DNA of 63,625 bases, counting the filler, from Octopus bimaculoides (lineage: Eukaryota), in NCBI RefSeq assembly GCF_001194135.2. It is 6 parts of 6 records of this genome, joined end to end, with 100 filler letters (N's around TTAATTAATTAA, not from the genome) between each part and the next. Parts side by side here need not be neighbours in the genome. Positions count along the whole stretch, not along the records: positions 41,242 to 46,868 come from NC_069006.1; positions 46,969 to 54,798 come from NC_069010.1; 4 more parts are not named here. One strand, 5' to 3'. The notes below the pieces were generated by a model. The model was given only the letters and a program-made list of their open reading frames with translations. It was not told where the DNA came from and did not search any database. Below, piece by piece: positions 42,210 to 54,152 of this stretch. Position 1 is the stretch's first letter; each line of letters starts with the position of its first letter. The position numbers were made by a program, and so were the translations under genes.

Positions 42210-43010
42210 CACCACGTGATTTTTAAAATTGTGGTTTCAATTCCAGAACCGGCCGATGTGTTTATTTCATGTTGTTCCAGTCCACTAAACTGGTAAAAGT
42301 GAGTAGTTCTACGAAGGACTGGTGTCCTGTCCAGGGGAAGAAGAGGGGAATATATATTCCACAGAAATCTCGCGAAACTGGTTTTATGAGTCTATAGCTC
42401 AGGAAGGACCTTTGGAGGTGTGTGGCTTTGTGGTTAAGGCATTGGACTCATGAGCGTAAGATTGTGGTTTCAATTCCTGGGCGGACCAATGCATTGTGTT
42501 CTTGAGCAAAACACTTCATTTCGTATTGGTCCAGTCCAATCAGCTTGCAAAGTGAGTAACCCCGTAATGGTCTAGCCTCCCATCCAGGAAGCAGGGAATA
42601 TATATATCCCACATGATCTACAAAAGCAGCCTTATGAGACAATGGCTCAGGAAGGACCTTTGATTTTTTTTATTTTGATAGTGAGTGAAAGCATGTGGGC
42701 TTAGTGGTTAGGGTACTTAGCTCACAATCAAAAGGTCGTGAGTTCAATTTCTGATGGCATGTTATGTCCTTGAGCAAGACACTTTATTTTACATTGTTCC
42801 AGTCCACTCAGCTGGCAAAATTGAATAGTACCTGTAATTCAAAGGGGCCAGCCTTGTCACATTCTGTGTCATGCTGAATCTCCCCAAGGGCTACGTTGGG
42901 GGTATGCAAGTATCTGTGGAGTACTCAGCCACTTGCATGTTAATTTCACGAGCAGGCTGTTCTGTTGATCGACTGGAACCTTTGCTGCCGTAATCAACAG
43001 AGTGCCAGTA
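42210..43010 (+). mobile_element. Three head-to-tail family D-type SINE copies
   Basis: Repeated heads (GTGGTTTCAATTCC / GTGAGTTCAATT) and CTTGAGCAA..CACTT..CCAGTCCA domains near 42230, 42460 and 42735. Confidence 0.75.
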
Positions 43011-44222
43011 TAGCATTGGATAGTGTAACATAGTATAGTACACAATTCGATAGTGTAGTTCAACACAGGGTTGTATAGTACAGTTCTATATTTTACCGGA
43101 AGAGTTCTAGCATGATGCCATCATGACTCTAACCCCCAAAAATAATTTAAAAAAATACCGCACGTTGATCATTAGGATGATTAATGTGCTACACCTAAAC
43201 GGCCTCCTCTCCACATATACTTCAGCAAAACTGAATTCTAGGAGTGCTGTGTGTTCCACCCACATGTAACATTAAAACTTTTCTCACATCCTACCCCAAC
43301 AAACCAAACTGCATCTCTTCTCTTCCTCACATTTCCTTTTCCCATGCATTACCCTTATCTCTAGCTCCCCAATCCTGTCCTCACTGCCCTGCTCACTATC
43401 ATTGCTACCCTGTAGTCTCCCATTCCCTCAATATATCCAGGTATAACCAGTGGATAATCAAAGTTATATTTACGAATTTTACTTTAATGTATTGGAATTA
43501 TATTATCATAGAAATATAATTCTAAAGTTTAACAACACATTTAAACAATTTCTGTAAGAAATTTTAGTAACAAGCAATAAGAGGAAATAAAATATTATAT
43601 TCTGTTCAAAGTAACCCCATTTCACGGTACAAGGCTTACAAAGATTTCTCTAACTAAAAAGCATGGCGCAGTCAAATGACTGAAACAAGTAAAAGAATAA
43701 AAGAAAAAGATTTATATATATATAGTCTGTTAAAGTCTGTCATACCGGCCATGATGAAATACCACAAGGTATAGAAAATACGTATTCGCCTTTATATATT
43801 TAATCCTTTATATTGAACACTCAATATTTCATCTATTCAATAAGACATATTCCATATATTCAATAAGACATTCAATACTTTATTTCATTGTACCATCCAT
43901 TTTTATTTTATATTATATATTGTATATTCCATATTCTATATCCCACATTGGTTTTGCAGGAATATAAATAAAACATAAAAAACAGACAGTGTTGGAACTC
44001 TTTTAAACAAAATAATATATATATACACATACATGCATACAAGGTGCATTCTAGAAGTCTTGAAACTTTTCAAGAGAGACTTTTATTAGCTTTTCATAGG
44101 CACATGTGTATTCCCACGAGTATTCCTATTCATGTCTTTGAAATTTGTTAAGAATTTGGGGTTTGGGGATTAGAGATTGTTTATAAGACATAATGTACAC
44201 ATTAAGGCATGTGTACATTAGC

Positions 44223-44260
<38 letters not shown>

Positions 44261-44262
<2 letters not shown>

Positions 44263-44367
44263 TCATCATCATCATCATCGTCGTTTAACGTCCGCTTTCC
44301 ATGCTAGCATGGGTTGGACGATTTGACTGAGGACTGGTGAAACCAGATGGCTACACCAGGCTCCAAT
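44261..44367 (-). mobile_element. RTE-type LINE 3' end with (GAT)n tail inserted in (TA)n
   Basis: Reverse complement of 47250-47350 and 54170-54280. Confidence 0.85.
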
Positions 44368-44614
44368 ATATATATATATATATATTACAATGACATAAAT
44401 AGAATATACATGGAATGCTAAATACGGGTTATTTGTCAAGCAATTTAAGGTTCAAATTCTATCTATCTATCTATCTAGCTAGCTATCTATCTATCTCCAT
44501 CCATCTATCTTTCTCTCTCTCACTTAGTGTGTGTGTATGTGAATACACACACACACACACACACACACGCATGCACACACACATACACACGCATGCACAC
44601 ACACACACACACAT

Positions 44615-44649
<35 letters not shown>

Positions 44650-45481
44650 CAATCTAAAGTTCAAATTCTATCTATCTATCTATCTCCATCCATCTATCTT
44701 TCTCTCTCTCCCTTTATGTGTGTATGTGAATACACAAACACACATGTGCACACACGCACATGCAGCGGGCGCTGGCATGCACACACACACACACACATAC
44801 ACACGTGCACATGTGCACATGCACACACACACACACGAACACCCCCCCCCCATATGTATACACCTATGTTGTCATAACATTTTCTCTTTCTTTGTTGATA
44901 CAGATCAAGAAAACCCAAAGAAGTGGGATTTGAGCAAAGCGTAAGTACACAAACACACACACACCCAAACACACACATTCACACATACACACACATACAC
45001 ACGCATGCTCACATACAAACATACTAAGTCATATTCACACACTCACCCACATGCACATACATACTCAGAGTCACATTTACTCACACACACACACACACAC
45101 GCACACATGCATGCATACACACACACACATACATAGTTACAGAAATACATTCACACACACACATGCACATAAGTCACACATACAAACACATACACACACA
45201 CATAGGCACTCAAGCACACACACACACACACACACACTCCACACACACATTGGCGCACAAATACAAAACACAAACACATACACACACGCATACACACAAT
45301 GACCCATGTGTACACAGGAAAGAGAACAGGACAAGTAAGATGATTAATAAAATATTTGTTTACAATTATTTTTGTTATAAAACTCTTTCTACTTTTTATT
45401 CGTTTTCCTCATGTTCTCAGAAACATTCCTAACACCAGATTCCAGCTGAATGTACTTGAACTATAATAGTAGCACCTCCCT

Positions 45482-45529
45482 ATCGTCCAACCCATGCTAG
45501 CATGGAAGGTGGACGTTAAACGATGATGA

Positions 45530-45532
<3 letters not shown>
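45482..45532 (+). mobile_element. Very short RTE-type 3' end
   Basis: ATCGTCCAACCCATGCTAGCATGGAAGGTGGACGTTAAACGATGATGAT. Confidence 0.8.
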
Positions 45533-45574
<42 letters not shown>

Positions 45575-45784
45575 NNNNNNNNNNNNNNNNNNNNNNNNNN
45601 NNNNNNNNNNNNNNNNNNNNNNNNNNNNNNNNNNNNNNNNNNNNNNNNNNNNNNNNNNNNNNNNNNNNNNNNNNNNNNNNNNNNNNNNNNNNNNNNNNNN
45701 NNNNNNNNNNNNNNNNNNNNNNNNNNNNNNNNNNNNNNNNNNNNNNNNNNNNNNNNNNNNNNNNNNNNNNNNNNNNNNNNNNNN

Positions 45785-45828
<44 letters not shown>

Positions 45829-45879
45829 GGTGAATAAACTGTTGTCTAAATCACGCAAAAATGAAAATAACATTGACAT

Positions 45880-46550
45880 CTCATTTTAGCAGATTTATTT
45901 ACCAAAATTCCTTAAAAATATCTTGAAATGCTAAAGAGTAAATTTATTTAATAAAATCGCCATTGACTTCAACCATGGCCTCCAGATGACTTTGGAAACT
46001 CCTGCAACTCCTCTGGATAGCCTCCTTGCTTAAGTTGGTGAATGCTGTCATAATCCTTGCCTTCAGTTCATCTTTGGTGTTACAAGGAGTTTTGTTGGTC
46101 TCTTGTTCAATAACACCCAACACATAATAATCAAGAAAGTTGCAGTCTGGGGAATTAGATGGCCAGATCTTATGGGTGATGTGGTCACAGAAATTGTCTG
46201 ACAGCCATGACTGCGTTCTCCTGCTTGTGTGGCATGGTGCAGAGTCCAGTTGCCAGGCATAAGGTCTTTCAGCAGTCACCCTCTTGATCCCGGGCACTTG
46301 ATGTAGGCCTCTGTGTTGAGTCTGAGGCCATGGGGGAAGATAAATGGCAGCATAACATTGCCATTACTTGTGATCACTCCTGTCCTCAGATTGATATCTA
46401 AACACTCTGAAATTTTCCTATTAGAGCTTTTGGCATGAATGTTAAGCAGTACAGCATGTTGTTTCCAAATTTCTGGCAGAGTGAATTGTATCATGGTGTT
46501 GTTTTCTCATAGATGGTGCCCAACTGACCCTACTATACTGTGTAGTCAAC
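45880..46550 (-). mobile_element. Tc1/mariner maT-type (DD37D) transposon, internally deleted
   Basis: QLDSAPCH..WPSNSPDCNFLDYY with 37 residues between the last two Asp. The N-terminus is fused directly to GVITSNGNVMLPFIFP. Confidence 0.85.
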
Positions 46551-46823
46551 AAAATCAAAAACAAATGTAACCGTCTTCATTCATACACATTACATGACCT
46601 TACTAGCACAGTCTTCTCTCTTGTACATTACATCTGGTATCTCATTTACCCAGTTTTTCTCTTTAAAAATCATTTACACTCTGTCATATATGCACACTGA
46701 CATTAACCCACCCAGTGAAGCATACTTGCTCCATTTCTTTCAAACCTTCACATATCCTCAAGTAATTACAACCACATCTCATTGTCATATATAGCAGTTT
46801 CTACACAGGCATCATGTAATCTA

Positions 46824-46868
<45 letters not shown>

Positions 46869-47081
46869 NNNNNNNNNNNNNNNNNNNNNNNNNNNNNNNN
46901 NNNNNNNNNNNNTTAATTAATTAANNNNNNNNNNNNNNNNNNNNNNNNNNNNNNNNNNNNNNNNNNNNATGTATTTTTCTGCAATGTATGGATATTTTAT
47001 CCTGATCACACTATTTATTAGCATTATCACACATTTGAGAATAAAAAAAAAAAGATTTCTGTATATATATATATATATATA

Positions 47082-47355
47082 GTGAGATCGTTGCCAGTGC
47101 CCCTGGACTGGCTTGTGCAGGTGGCACATAAAAGACACCATTTCGAGCGTGGCCGTTTTCGTGTGGGTGACACATAAAAGCACCCACTACACTCTCTGAG
47201 TGGTTGGCGTTAGGAAGGGCATCCAGCTGTAGAAACTCTGCCAAATTCGATTGGAGCCTGGTGTTGCCATCCGGTTTCACCAGTCCTCAGTCAAATCGTC
47301 CAACCCATGCTAGCATGGAAAGCGGACGTTAAACGATGATGATGATGATGATGAT
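47082..47355 (+). mobile_element. RTE-type LINE 3' UTR copy with (GAT)n tail
   Basis: Two GGTG(G/A)CACATAAAAG(A)CACC stem-loops, GGCGTTAGGAAGGGCATCCAGC, tail shared with 54153-54280. Confidence 0.85.
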
Positions 47356-47643
47356 ATATATATATATATTGAGAGAGAGAGAGATAGACATATATATACA
47401 TATGCATATATATGTATATATATATGAGGTTATGAGAGGTAATGGTGTCAAGAAGACCCGAAGGTGTCAGGTAATGCTAAGTGCTATAGACAGACTATAG
47501 TTAAGCTCCAGGTTCGGTGATTATGCGAATGAAGAGTGAGTCCAACGTAGGTCATATATTAGCATGGATATATATAAAAAATTAACAGAATGAGATAAAA
47601 ATCCAAGGCTGTGAAAGATTTCAGAACATTTATAAAGAGAAGA

Positions 47644-47690
47644 TCTTACAGCTGTTTCCAGGTTATTTTATATATCCCTTCATCGGAGAC
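47644..47690 (-). ncRNA. Hammerhead motif, U4C variant (left arm)
   Basis: Reverse complement GTCT-CCGATGA-A-GGGATAT..ATAACCT-G-GAAAC-AGCT-GTA-AGAT. Confidence 0.6.
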
Positions 47691-47868
47691 GATGCGAGAA
47701 AATGGTTAAGCAATAGTTACTCTAAAGAAGATATGAAATAGAGAGTGATGTGAATGGAACTGCAGATACAATATCCCTGCATATCTCATGTCTGTTTTCA
47801 TTCCTCCACTTCACTCTCTATTTCATATCTTCTCTAGAATAACTATTGCTTAACCTTTTTCTCGCACC

Positions 47869-47916
47869 GTCTCTGATGAAGGGATATATAAAATATTCCG
47901 GAAACAGCTGTAAGAC
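47869..47916 (+). ncRNA. Type I minimal hammerhead ribozyme, intact core (right arm)
   Basis: GTCT-CTGATGA-A-GGGATAT-ATAAA-ATATTCC-G-GAAAC-AGCT-GTA-AGAC. Confidence 0.8.
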
Positions 47917-47976
47917 CTTCTCTTTATAAATGTTCTGAAATCTTTCACAGCCTTGGATTTTTATCTCATTCTGTTA

Positions 47977-48013
<37 letters not shown>

Positions 48014-48446
48014 AAGAAAGAAAGAGAATGATAGATAGATTAATCGATAGAAGAGAGAGAGAGAGATGCAGATAGAATTAAATAGTTAAACAGGTGGGTA
48101 GGTGGGTAGATTGATTGATATTTATCTAGCAAGATAGATAGACATATAGATAGGTAAACATGTAGATAGGTAGGTAGGTAGGTACACATGCACTTACATA
48201 GATAACTTGGTAGTTCTGTAGGTAGGTATTTTGATAAATTGAACGTTAGAGAGATATAAGTAATAAGATGGAGTGAAAAACTGAAGCTAAACATAGAGGT
48301 AAATAGATAATTTGGAAAATGAACAAATGGATTAAAAACAGATCAGTATACATGTGTGTGTGTGTTTAAGTATACATATATACTATATATATATATATAT
48401 ATATATATACACAAGCTTTATATGTATACTTAAATATATATGTATG

Positions 48447-48480
<34 letters not shown>

Positions 48481-48654
48481 CACACACATGCTATATATGT
48501 ATACTTAAATATATATCTATCTACATACACAACACACACACACACATAGACATACATATATACATAGACACACATACATCCATATAAACTTAGTAACAAA
48601 ACTTGATAGTGTGACACTTGTGTGTGTATATATATATGTATATGTGTGTGCATT

Positions 48655-48691
<37 letters not shown>

Positions 48692-48875
48692 CTGTGTAGA
48701 TATACATATGCATATATATATGTATATGTACATGTGTATATGTATATTTATACATACACATAAATTCATATATATGCATGTATACATGTATGCATATAAC
48801 GATATGTATGTTATGTGTACAGGTATTTATGTTTATATTCATACATATGTACACACAGAAGTGTGTGTGTATATG

Positions 48876-48910
<35 letters not shown>

Positions 48911-48920
48911 NNNNNNNNNN

Positions 48921-48968
<48 letters not shown>

Positions 48969-49119
48969 TAAAGAACCATCAACTGATTTGTGTAATGAAG
49001 GAAAGAATAAGAATAAATGTATAAATCAAGTAATATATATATATGTGCGTGTATGTATATGTATATAGGCATATGTATGTATATGTATAAACATATATAG
49101 CTACATGTGTATGTATGTA

Positions 49120-49160
<41 letters not shown>

Positions 49161-49765
49161 ATCTCCAAATGACAAAAAGAATGGCAAAATAAGATGAGAT
49201 AAGAAATGTTGAGGAGAAAATGGAAAAAAAGGTAGAGAAAAGGCAAAGATATAGAAAGCAATTGAAAGAGAGACAGACGGAAAGAAAGAAAGAAAAACAG
49301 AAAAAAGAAGAACGGGGGGAAAGAGTGACAGGAAAATTAAGAAAGAAGGCAAGAAAGCAAAGAAATTGAAAGAGAGATTGATAGAAATGGAGAAAGATTG
49401 AAAACTTTTCAAGAAGACAGAAAGAAAGTGAAAGAGTGAGGGTAAAGAAGAGAAAGAAGAAAACAAATCAAAGGCAAAAAAAAAAAAACAGAAAGAAAGG
49501 AAAGATAGAAATTTCAAGAGAATAATATGTAAAGATAAGGAATGTGAAACGTAGAAAGTGAAAGTAGAAAGTGAAAGTAGAATGTTGGTATGAATTGTTT
49601 TTGCAGAGGAAATAATGGATTAATTCGTAAAATATAGTAAGAAATATAAAAAAAAGGAAAAATAAAGAAAGAAAAACCAGAAAAAAAATTATGGGGAAAA
49701 CCATTTCTGTTGTAATTGTAGATGTGGAGTTTCTGCGATAAGGAGGTTTATTGGTAAGATAAACT

Positions 49766-49860
49766 TTAACTTCCGGTCTTTTTAGCTTCTATTAATCGTT
49801 TGACTCTCGGTTTTGTTGTTGGTGTTGCTGGTGGTGTTGTTGTTAGTGTTGTTATAATTT
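49766..49860 (-). CDS. Candidate terminal exon of the Thr-rich gene (IITTLTTTPPATPTTKPRVKRLIEAKKTGS-stop)
   Basis: Phase-1 compatible CAG acceptor (weak pyrimidine tract), contains TKP like the upstream exons, AATAAA 14 nt after the stop. Could be microsatellite-derived by chance. Confidence 0.4.
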
Positions 49861-50079
49861 CTGTTTTTATAATCGAAACAGTTGTTTTATTTTTATTTTT
49901 CGGCTTTTGTTTATAGACGTGTTCTTAGTGTTATTTTCTTCTTCTTCTTCTTCGTCTTCGTCGTCTTCTTCGTCTTCTTCTTCCTATTCTTCAGATTAAA
50001 TGATAATCACATCTTACGTTGATCATTTTATTTATTTATATTTACTTACATTTGTTTTTTTTTGTTTTTTTTTCTTAAA

Positions 50080-50270
50080 TTATTGTAAGCTAACCAGCGA
50101 TGAAAGAGAAAAATCACTTTGCAAACGTATGTACAATAATGTACGAACGCTTGGTTCGATGGGACAAAATCCGAATGATACATTACAAGACCACACAGGT
50201 AATGTTCTTGTTGTTGTCTTTGCTGTTAATATTATTGTTAATGTTGTACTTATTCTTTTTGTTGTATAAG
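50080..50270 (-). CDS. Possible alternative terminal exon (YTTKRISTT..TTTRTLPVWSCNVSFGFCPIEP..)
   Basis: 63-codon open frame in phase 1, Thr-rich then two Cys. The GAG acceptor is weak. Confidence 0.22.
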
Positions 50271-50391
50271 CTCAGGTCAGATCAAATCCAGAAAATCTAC
50301 CATTAAATTAATCCTATCATTTATTCCAACATATTGCTTTCAACTTGTAGCACAAGGCCAGCAATTTTGAGGGGAGGGGAAAGTCACCACC

Positions 50392-50435
<44 letters not shown>

Positions 50436-50436
<1 letters not shown>

Positions 50437-50760
50437 GAGAAATTAAGGCAAATAGACCAGATATAGTTGTCAAAGATCATGAAGAAAAAAATGCTTTCTA
50501 ATTGATGTATCAATACCAGCAGATGACAACGTTTCCCTAAAAGAAATGGAAAAACTTTCAAAATACAAAGACCTGGAAATAGAGGTAACTCGAATGTGGA
50601 ATCTAAAAACAGAAACAATTCCTATCATAGTAGGTGCCTTAGGTATAATAAAAAAATTATTCAGACAAATACATAACAAAAACACCAGGACTTACAAATA
50701 TATATAACATACAGAAAATTGCACTACTGGGCACTGCACACATCCTACGCAAAACACTTT
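50436..50760 (+). mobile_element. R4/Dong-like non-LTR retrotransposon 3' fragment (restriction-like endonuclease)
   Basis: ANRPDIVVKD..CFLIDVSIPADDN..EKLSKYKDL..IPIIVGALG..IALLGTAHILRKTL with two homopolymer frameshifts. Begins right after (AAT)n 50394-50435. Confidence 0.92.
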
Positions 50761-51712
50761 NNNNNNNNNNNNNNNNNNNNNNNNNNNNNNNNNNNNNNNN
50801 NNNNNNNNNNNNNNNNNNNNNNNNNNNNNNNNNNNNNNNNNNNNNNNNNNNNNNNNNNNNNNNNNNNNNNNNNNNNNNNNNNNNNNNNNNNNNNNNNNNN
50901 NNNNNNNNNNNNNNNNNNNNNNNNNNNNNNNNNNNNNNNNNNNNNNNNNNNNNNNNNNNNNNNNNNNNNNNNNNNNNNNNNNNNNNNNNNNNNNNNNNNN
51001 NNNNNNNNNNNNNNNNNNNNNNNNNNNNNNNNNNNNNNNNNNNNNNNNNNNNNNNNNNNNNNNNNNNNNNNNNNNNNNNNNNNNNNNNNNNNNNNNNNNN
51101 NNNNNNNNNNNNNNNNNNNNNNNNNNNNNNNNNNNNNNNNNNNNNNNNNNNNNNNNNNNNNNNNNNNNNNNNNNNNNNNNNNNNNNNNNNNNNNNNNNNN
51201 NNNNNNNNNNNNNNNNNNNNNNNNNNNNNNNNNNNNNNNNNNNNNNNNNNNNNNNNNNNNNNNNNNNNNNNNNNNNNNNNNNNNNNNNNNNNNNNNNNNN
51301 NNNNNNNNNNNNNNNNNTATATATGTCATATATACTGGAGTAAGCACTTAGATAAAAAAAATATGTATCATATATATGTAGATGCAATAATATTTTGGTA
51401 TTCAATCCTTATAAAGCATACACGTCTTTCAAAAAGATGCTGTAATAATTACATAACAGCTGTAAAAACATTATGCACCCCACCTCATCAGTGTTCTGCA
51501 ATAAATACAATGACAGTCATGGAAAGCTCCAAATATGTACATTTTTCCATTATGCAAATTATTAACAACTTCCCATGCTTCATAAAATAAAAAAGAGATA
51601 GAAAAAATATATCGATATATAAAAAAAAATACGAGTATATATAAAAAATATATGTATATATAAAAATGTGCATGTATAAAAAATATAAGTATATATAAAA
51701 AGGTTAACTTAC

Positions 51713-51814
51713 TTGTGGCCACTGTCCCTGATGTTGTTGTTGTTGTTGTTGTAGTAGTACCTGTGCCAGTGGTCGTTAATGCTGTTGTAGCTGCTACTGT
51801 CTTCGGTTTATTTG
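51713..51814 (-). CDS. Internal exon, 102 nt, phase 1-1: NKPKTVAATTALTTTGTGTTTTTTTTTSGTVAT
   Basis: Acceptor TTTCTAATTTCACTATATCCTTTCAG, donor GTAAGT, open frame, frame-preserving length. Confidence 0.75.
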
Positions 51815-51924
51815 CTGAAAGGATATAGTGAAATTAGAAATCAGGAAATTATAGGGAAAATGGAATCAAATTTTATATTGTAGGTGCAGGCATAGTTGTG
51901 AGGGGGGCTTTACACTGTATATAT

Positions 51925-52315
51925 ATAGGCACGTAGCTTGCTTACCAACCACATGGTTCCGGGTTCAGTCCCACTGCGTGGCACCTTGGGCAAGTGTCTA
52001 CTACTATAGCCTTGGGCCGACCAAAGCCTTGTGAGTGGATTTGGTAGACGGAAACTGAAAGAAGCCCGTCGTATATATGTATGTATATATGTATGTGTGT
52101 ATGTTTGTATGTCTGTGTTTGTCCCTCCAACTTCGCTTGACAACCGAGGCTGGTGTGTTTACGTCCCCGTAATCTAGCGGTTCGGCAAAAAAGAGACTGA
52201 TAGAATAAGTACTAGGCTTACAAAGAATAAGTCCTGGGGTCGATTTGCTCGACTAAAAGGCGGCGCTCCAGCATAGCCGCAGTCAAATGACTGAAACAAG
52301 TAAAAAAGTAAAAGA
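51925..52315 (+). mobile_element. SINE family A, near full length
   Basis: Head, internal (TA/TG)n and tail all present. Confidence 0.92.
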
Positions 52316-52324
52316 GAGATATAT

Positions 52325-52371
<47 letters not shown>

Positions 52372-52516
52372 TATACATATATATATATATACACACACAC
52401 ACACATATACATATATATATATATACACGCACACTCTCTCTCTCTCTGACACACACACAAATATGCTGCTTTAGTTGGAAACAATGATGGTATAACAATC
52501 ACTTGGTGTTACTCAC

Positions 52517-52555
52517 CTTGAGTTGTAGCAACAGTTGTAGCTTTTGGCTTCGTGG
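52517..52555 (-). CDS. Micro-exon, 39 nt, phase 1-1: TKPKATTVATTQ
   Basis: Acceptor TTTTCTATATCTTTTCAG, donor GTGAGT. Confidence 0.78.
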
Positions 52556-53039
52556 CTGAAAAGATATAGAAAACTGTTGTTTATCACATCCCTAACTATA
52601 GATTCTGTTTATGAATTTCATCAACGTAAAACACTGATATCAATATCAATATTTTTGAAAATATAAGGACACAGATCATGTCGTATAGCCAGCAGGAGAT
52701 GATGTCTCCTGGGGCTAAATTATAGCAACGTTCGTCCTAAACCAGGACTGCCATGTTATGTTGGCAAATAATCTTTACTCCAAAGTACTGTTGCTGAATA
52801 TCTCTCGTTGTGAGATTTGCAAATAGTAATTTTCTAAGATGCATAGATATATAGAGAAAGACAGATAGACTGGCCAAGATAGATAGATAAGAAGATAGAT
52901 AGATAGACTGAGTGACAGAGGGAGTTTGGCAATGTGCAGTGTGCAAACTTTGCTGTTTAGATTAAACAGAGTAATTGGATGAGTGGCAGTATAAACGAGT
53001 ATTTTTAGGAGTGAGCAGAGAACGACATTCTAGTCTTAC

Positions 53040-53078
53040 CTGCCATAGCAGCGGAGGCGGTACTCCGAGGTTTAGTAA
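53040..53078 (-). CDS. Micro-exon, 39 nt, phase 1-1: TKPRSTASAAMA
   Basis: Acceptor CTTATTTTCTGCTTGTTTCAG, donor GTAAGA. Same length and TKP start as 52517-52555. Confidence 0.75.
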
Positions 53079-53714
53079 CTGAAACAAGCAGAAAATAAGG
53101 GTAAATTGTACACATCTGTAGAGGGGATATGATTGGGTGGTTGTGTGTGCAGTTAAGGATTTTGTTTCATGGCCACATGGTTCTGAGTTCGATCCCATTG
53201 GTGAGGAGAAATCTGTCTTAGGAAAGTTTTTTTTTTTTTACGGAGATGTACTTGCATAGCAAGTGACCTGATCTGAGATCGTGTGCTGGAACGAAAACAA
53301 TTGCAGCGTGGTAGGTGTTTATAAGCCATTTAAAATAATACAAAAGCCGTCAGATTCACTTCAACATTTAAATTTAATTTTATTTATTTTTTTTTTTTTG
53401 GTATTTATAACAGTTTGAGTTTAGATGATCAGTACTATGGAAATAATCTCTGGTTGGAAACTATGAACAATGTAATTCCAAGATTAAAACAAAACATTAT
53501 TTTATATGAGACTTCGCTAATAAATAGGCAAATGATAAAAAAGAAAAACTGATTTTTAACTCATAGCATTCAATTATCAAACATTCATAATTGGAATAAA
53601 TAAAATTGAATATTTAGTATTTATGGAATTTTGATTTAGTGTCGTTTGACTTTTGACCAAACCAGTATATACACACACTTACACAAATATATATGGATTT
53701 GATTATATATATAC

Positions 53715-54152
53715 ATTGTATGATGCTATATCCCCTTCTATTTCGTCAAATGCTTCAAGTAACTTGTCTCTAAGTCTCTGTCGATTTGCAGGGTCTTTAA
53801 GTTTCCATACCCTTCTCCTCCAGGCCGGTCTACTTCTGGGCACCCATATTGCCTTGATCTCGAAGTCGCTAACTACTAATCTGTGTTGGGGTGTACATTC
53901 TTCGCCAGGGAGGGTTTTGGCATTTATAAGCCTCCCTTTTTCTCTAGTTCTGGCGAGGATGTAGTCGATTTGGCTAGAGTTTCTGCCGGATTGGTAGGTG
54001 ACTAGGTGACAGGCAGGTTTCCTGAAGTTGGTATTGCAAACCATAAGATCAGTTGCATCACAGAACTCCAGCTGTCTGGTTCCCTCCTCGTTGCGGGAGC
54101 CGAAGCCATAGCCTCCATGTATGCCATGGAAGCCTCCAGCACGACGTCCGAC
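53715..54152 (-). pseudogene. RTE-clade LINE AP-endonuclease fragment
   Basis: GHVG..HGGYGFGSRNEEG..LEFC..LMVCNTNFRK..LVTYQSG..SQIDYIL..PQHRLVVSD. Confidence 0.92.

Larger units (their letters stand above)
47581..47980. mobile_element. Inverted (head-to-head) pair of HHR-bearing Penelope-like terminal repeats
   Basis: Left arm ~47581-47755 is the reverse complement of right arm ~47805-47980, with a ~45-nt spacer. Both ends abut (TA)n. Homologous to 6440-6620. Confidence 0.88.

Noticed and set aside
41843-42226. Duplicated Thr/Pro-rich ORF (YSVAISTFATASAAATSPPSPPP twice)
   Set aside because: The duplicate straddles a 10-N gap, so it is probably overlapping contig ends. It is trinucleotide-repeat derived with no clear splice sites.
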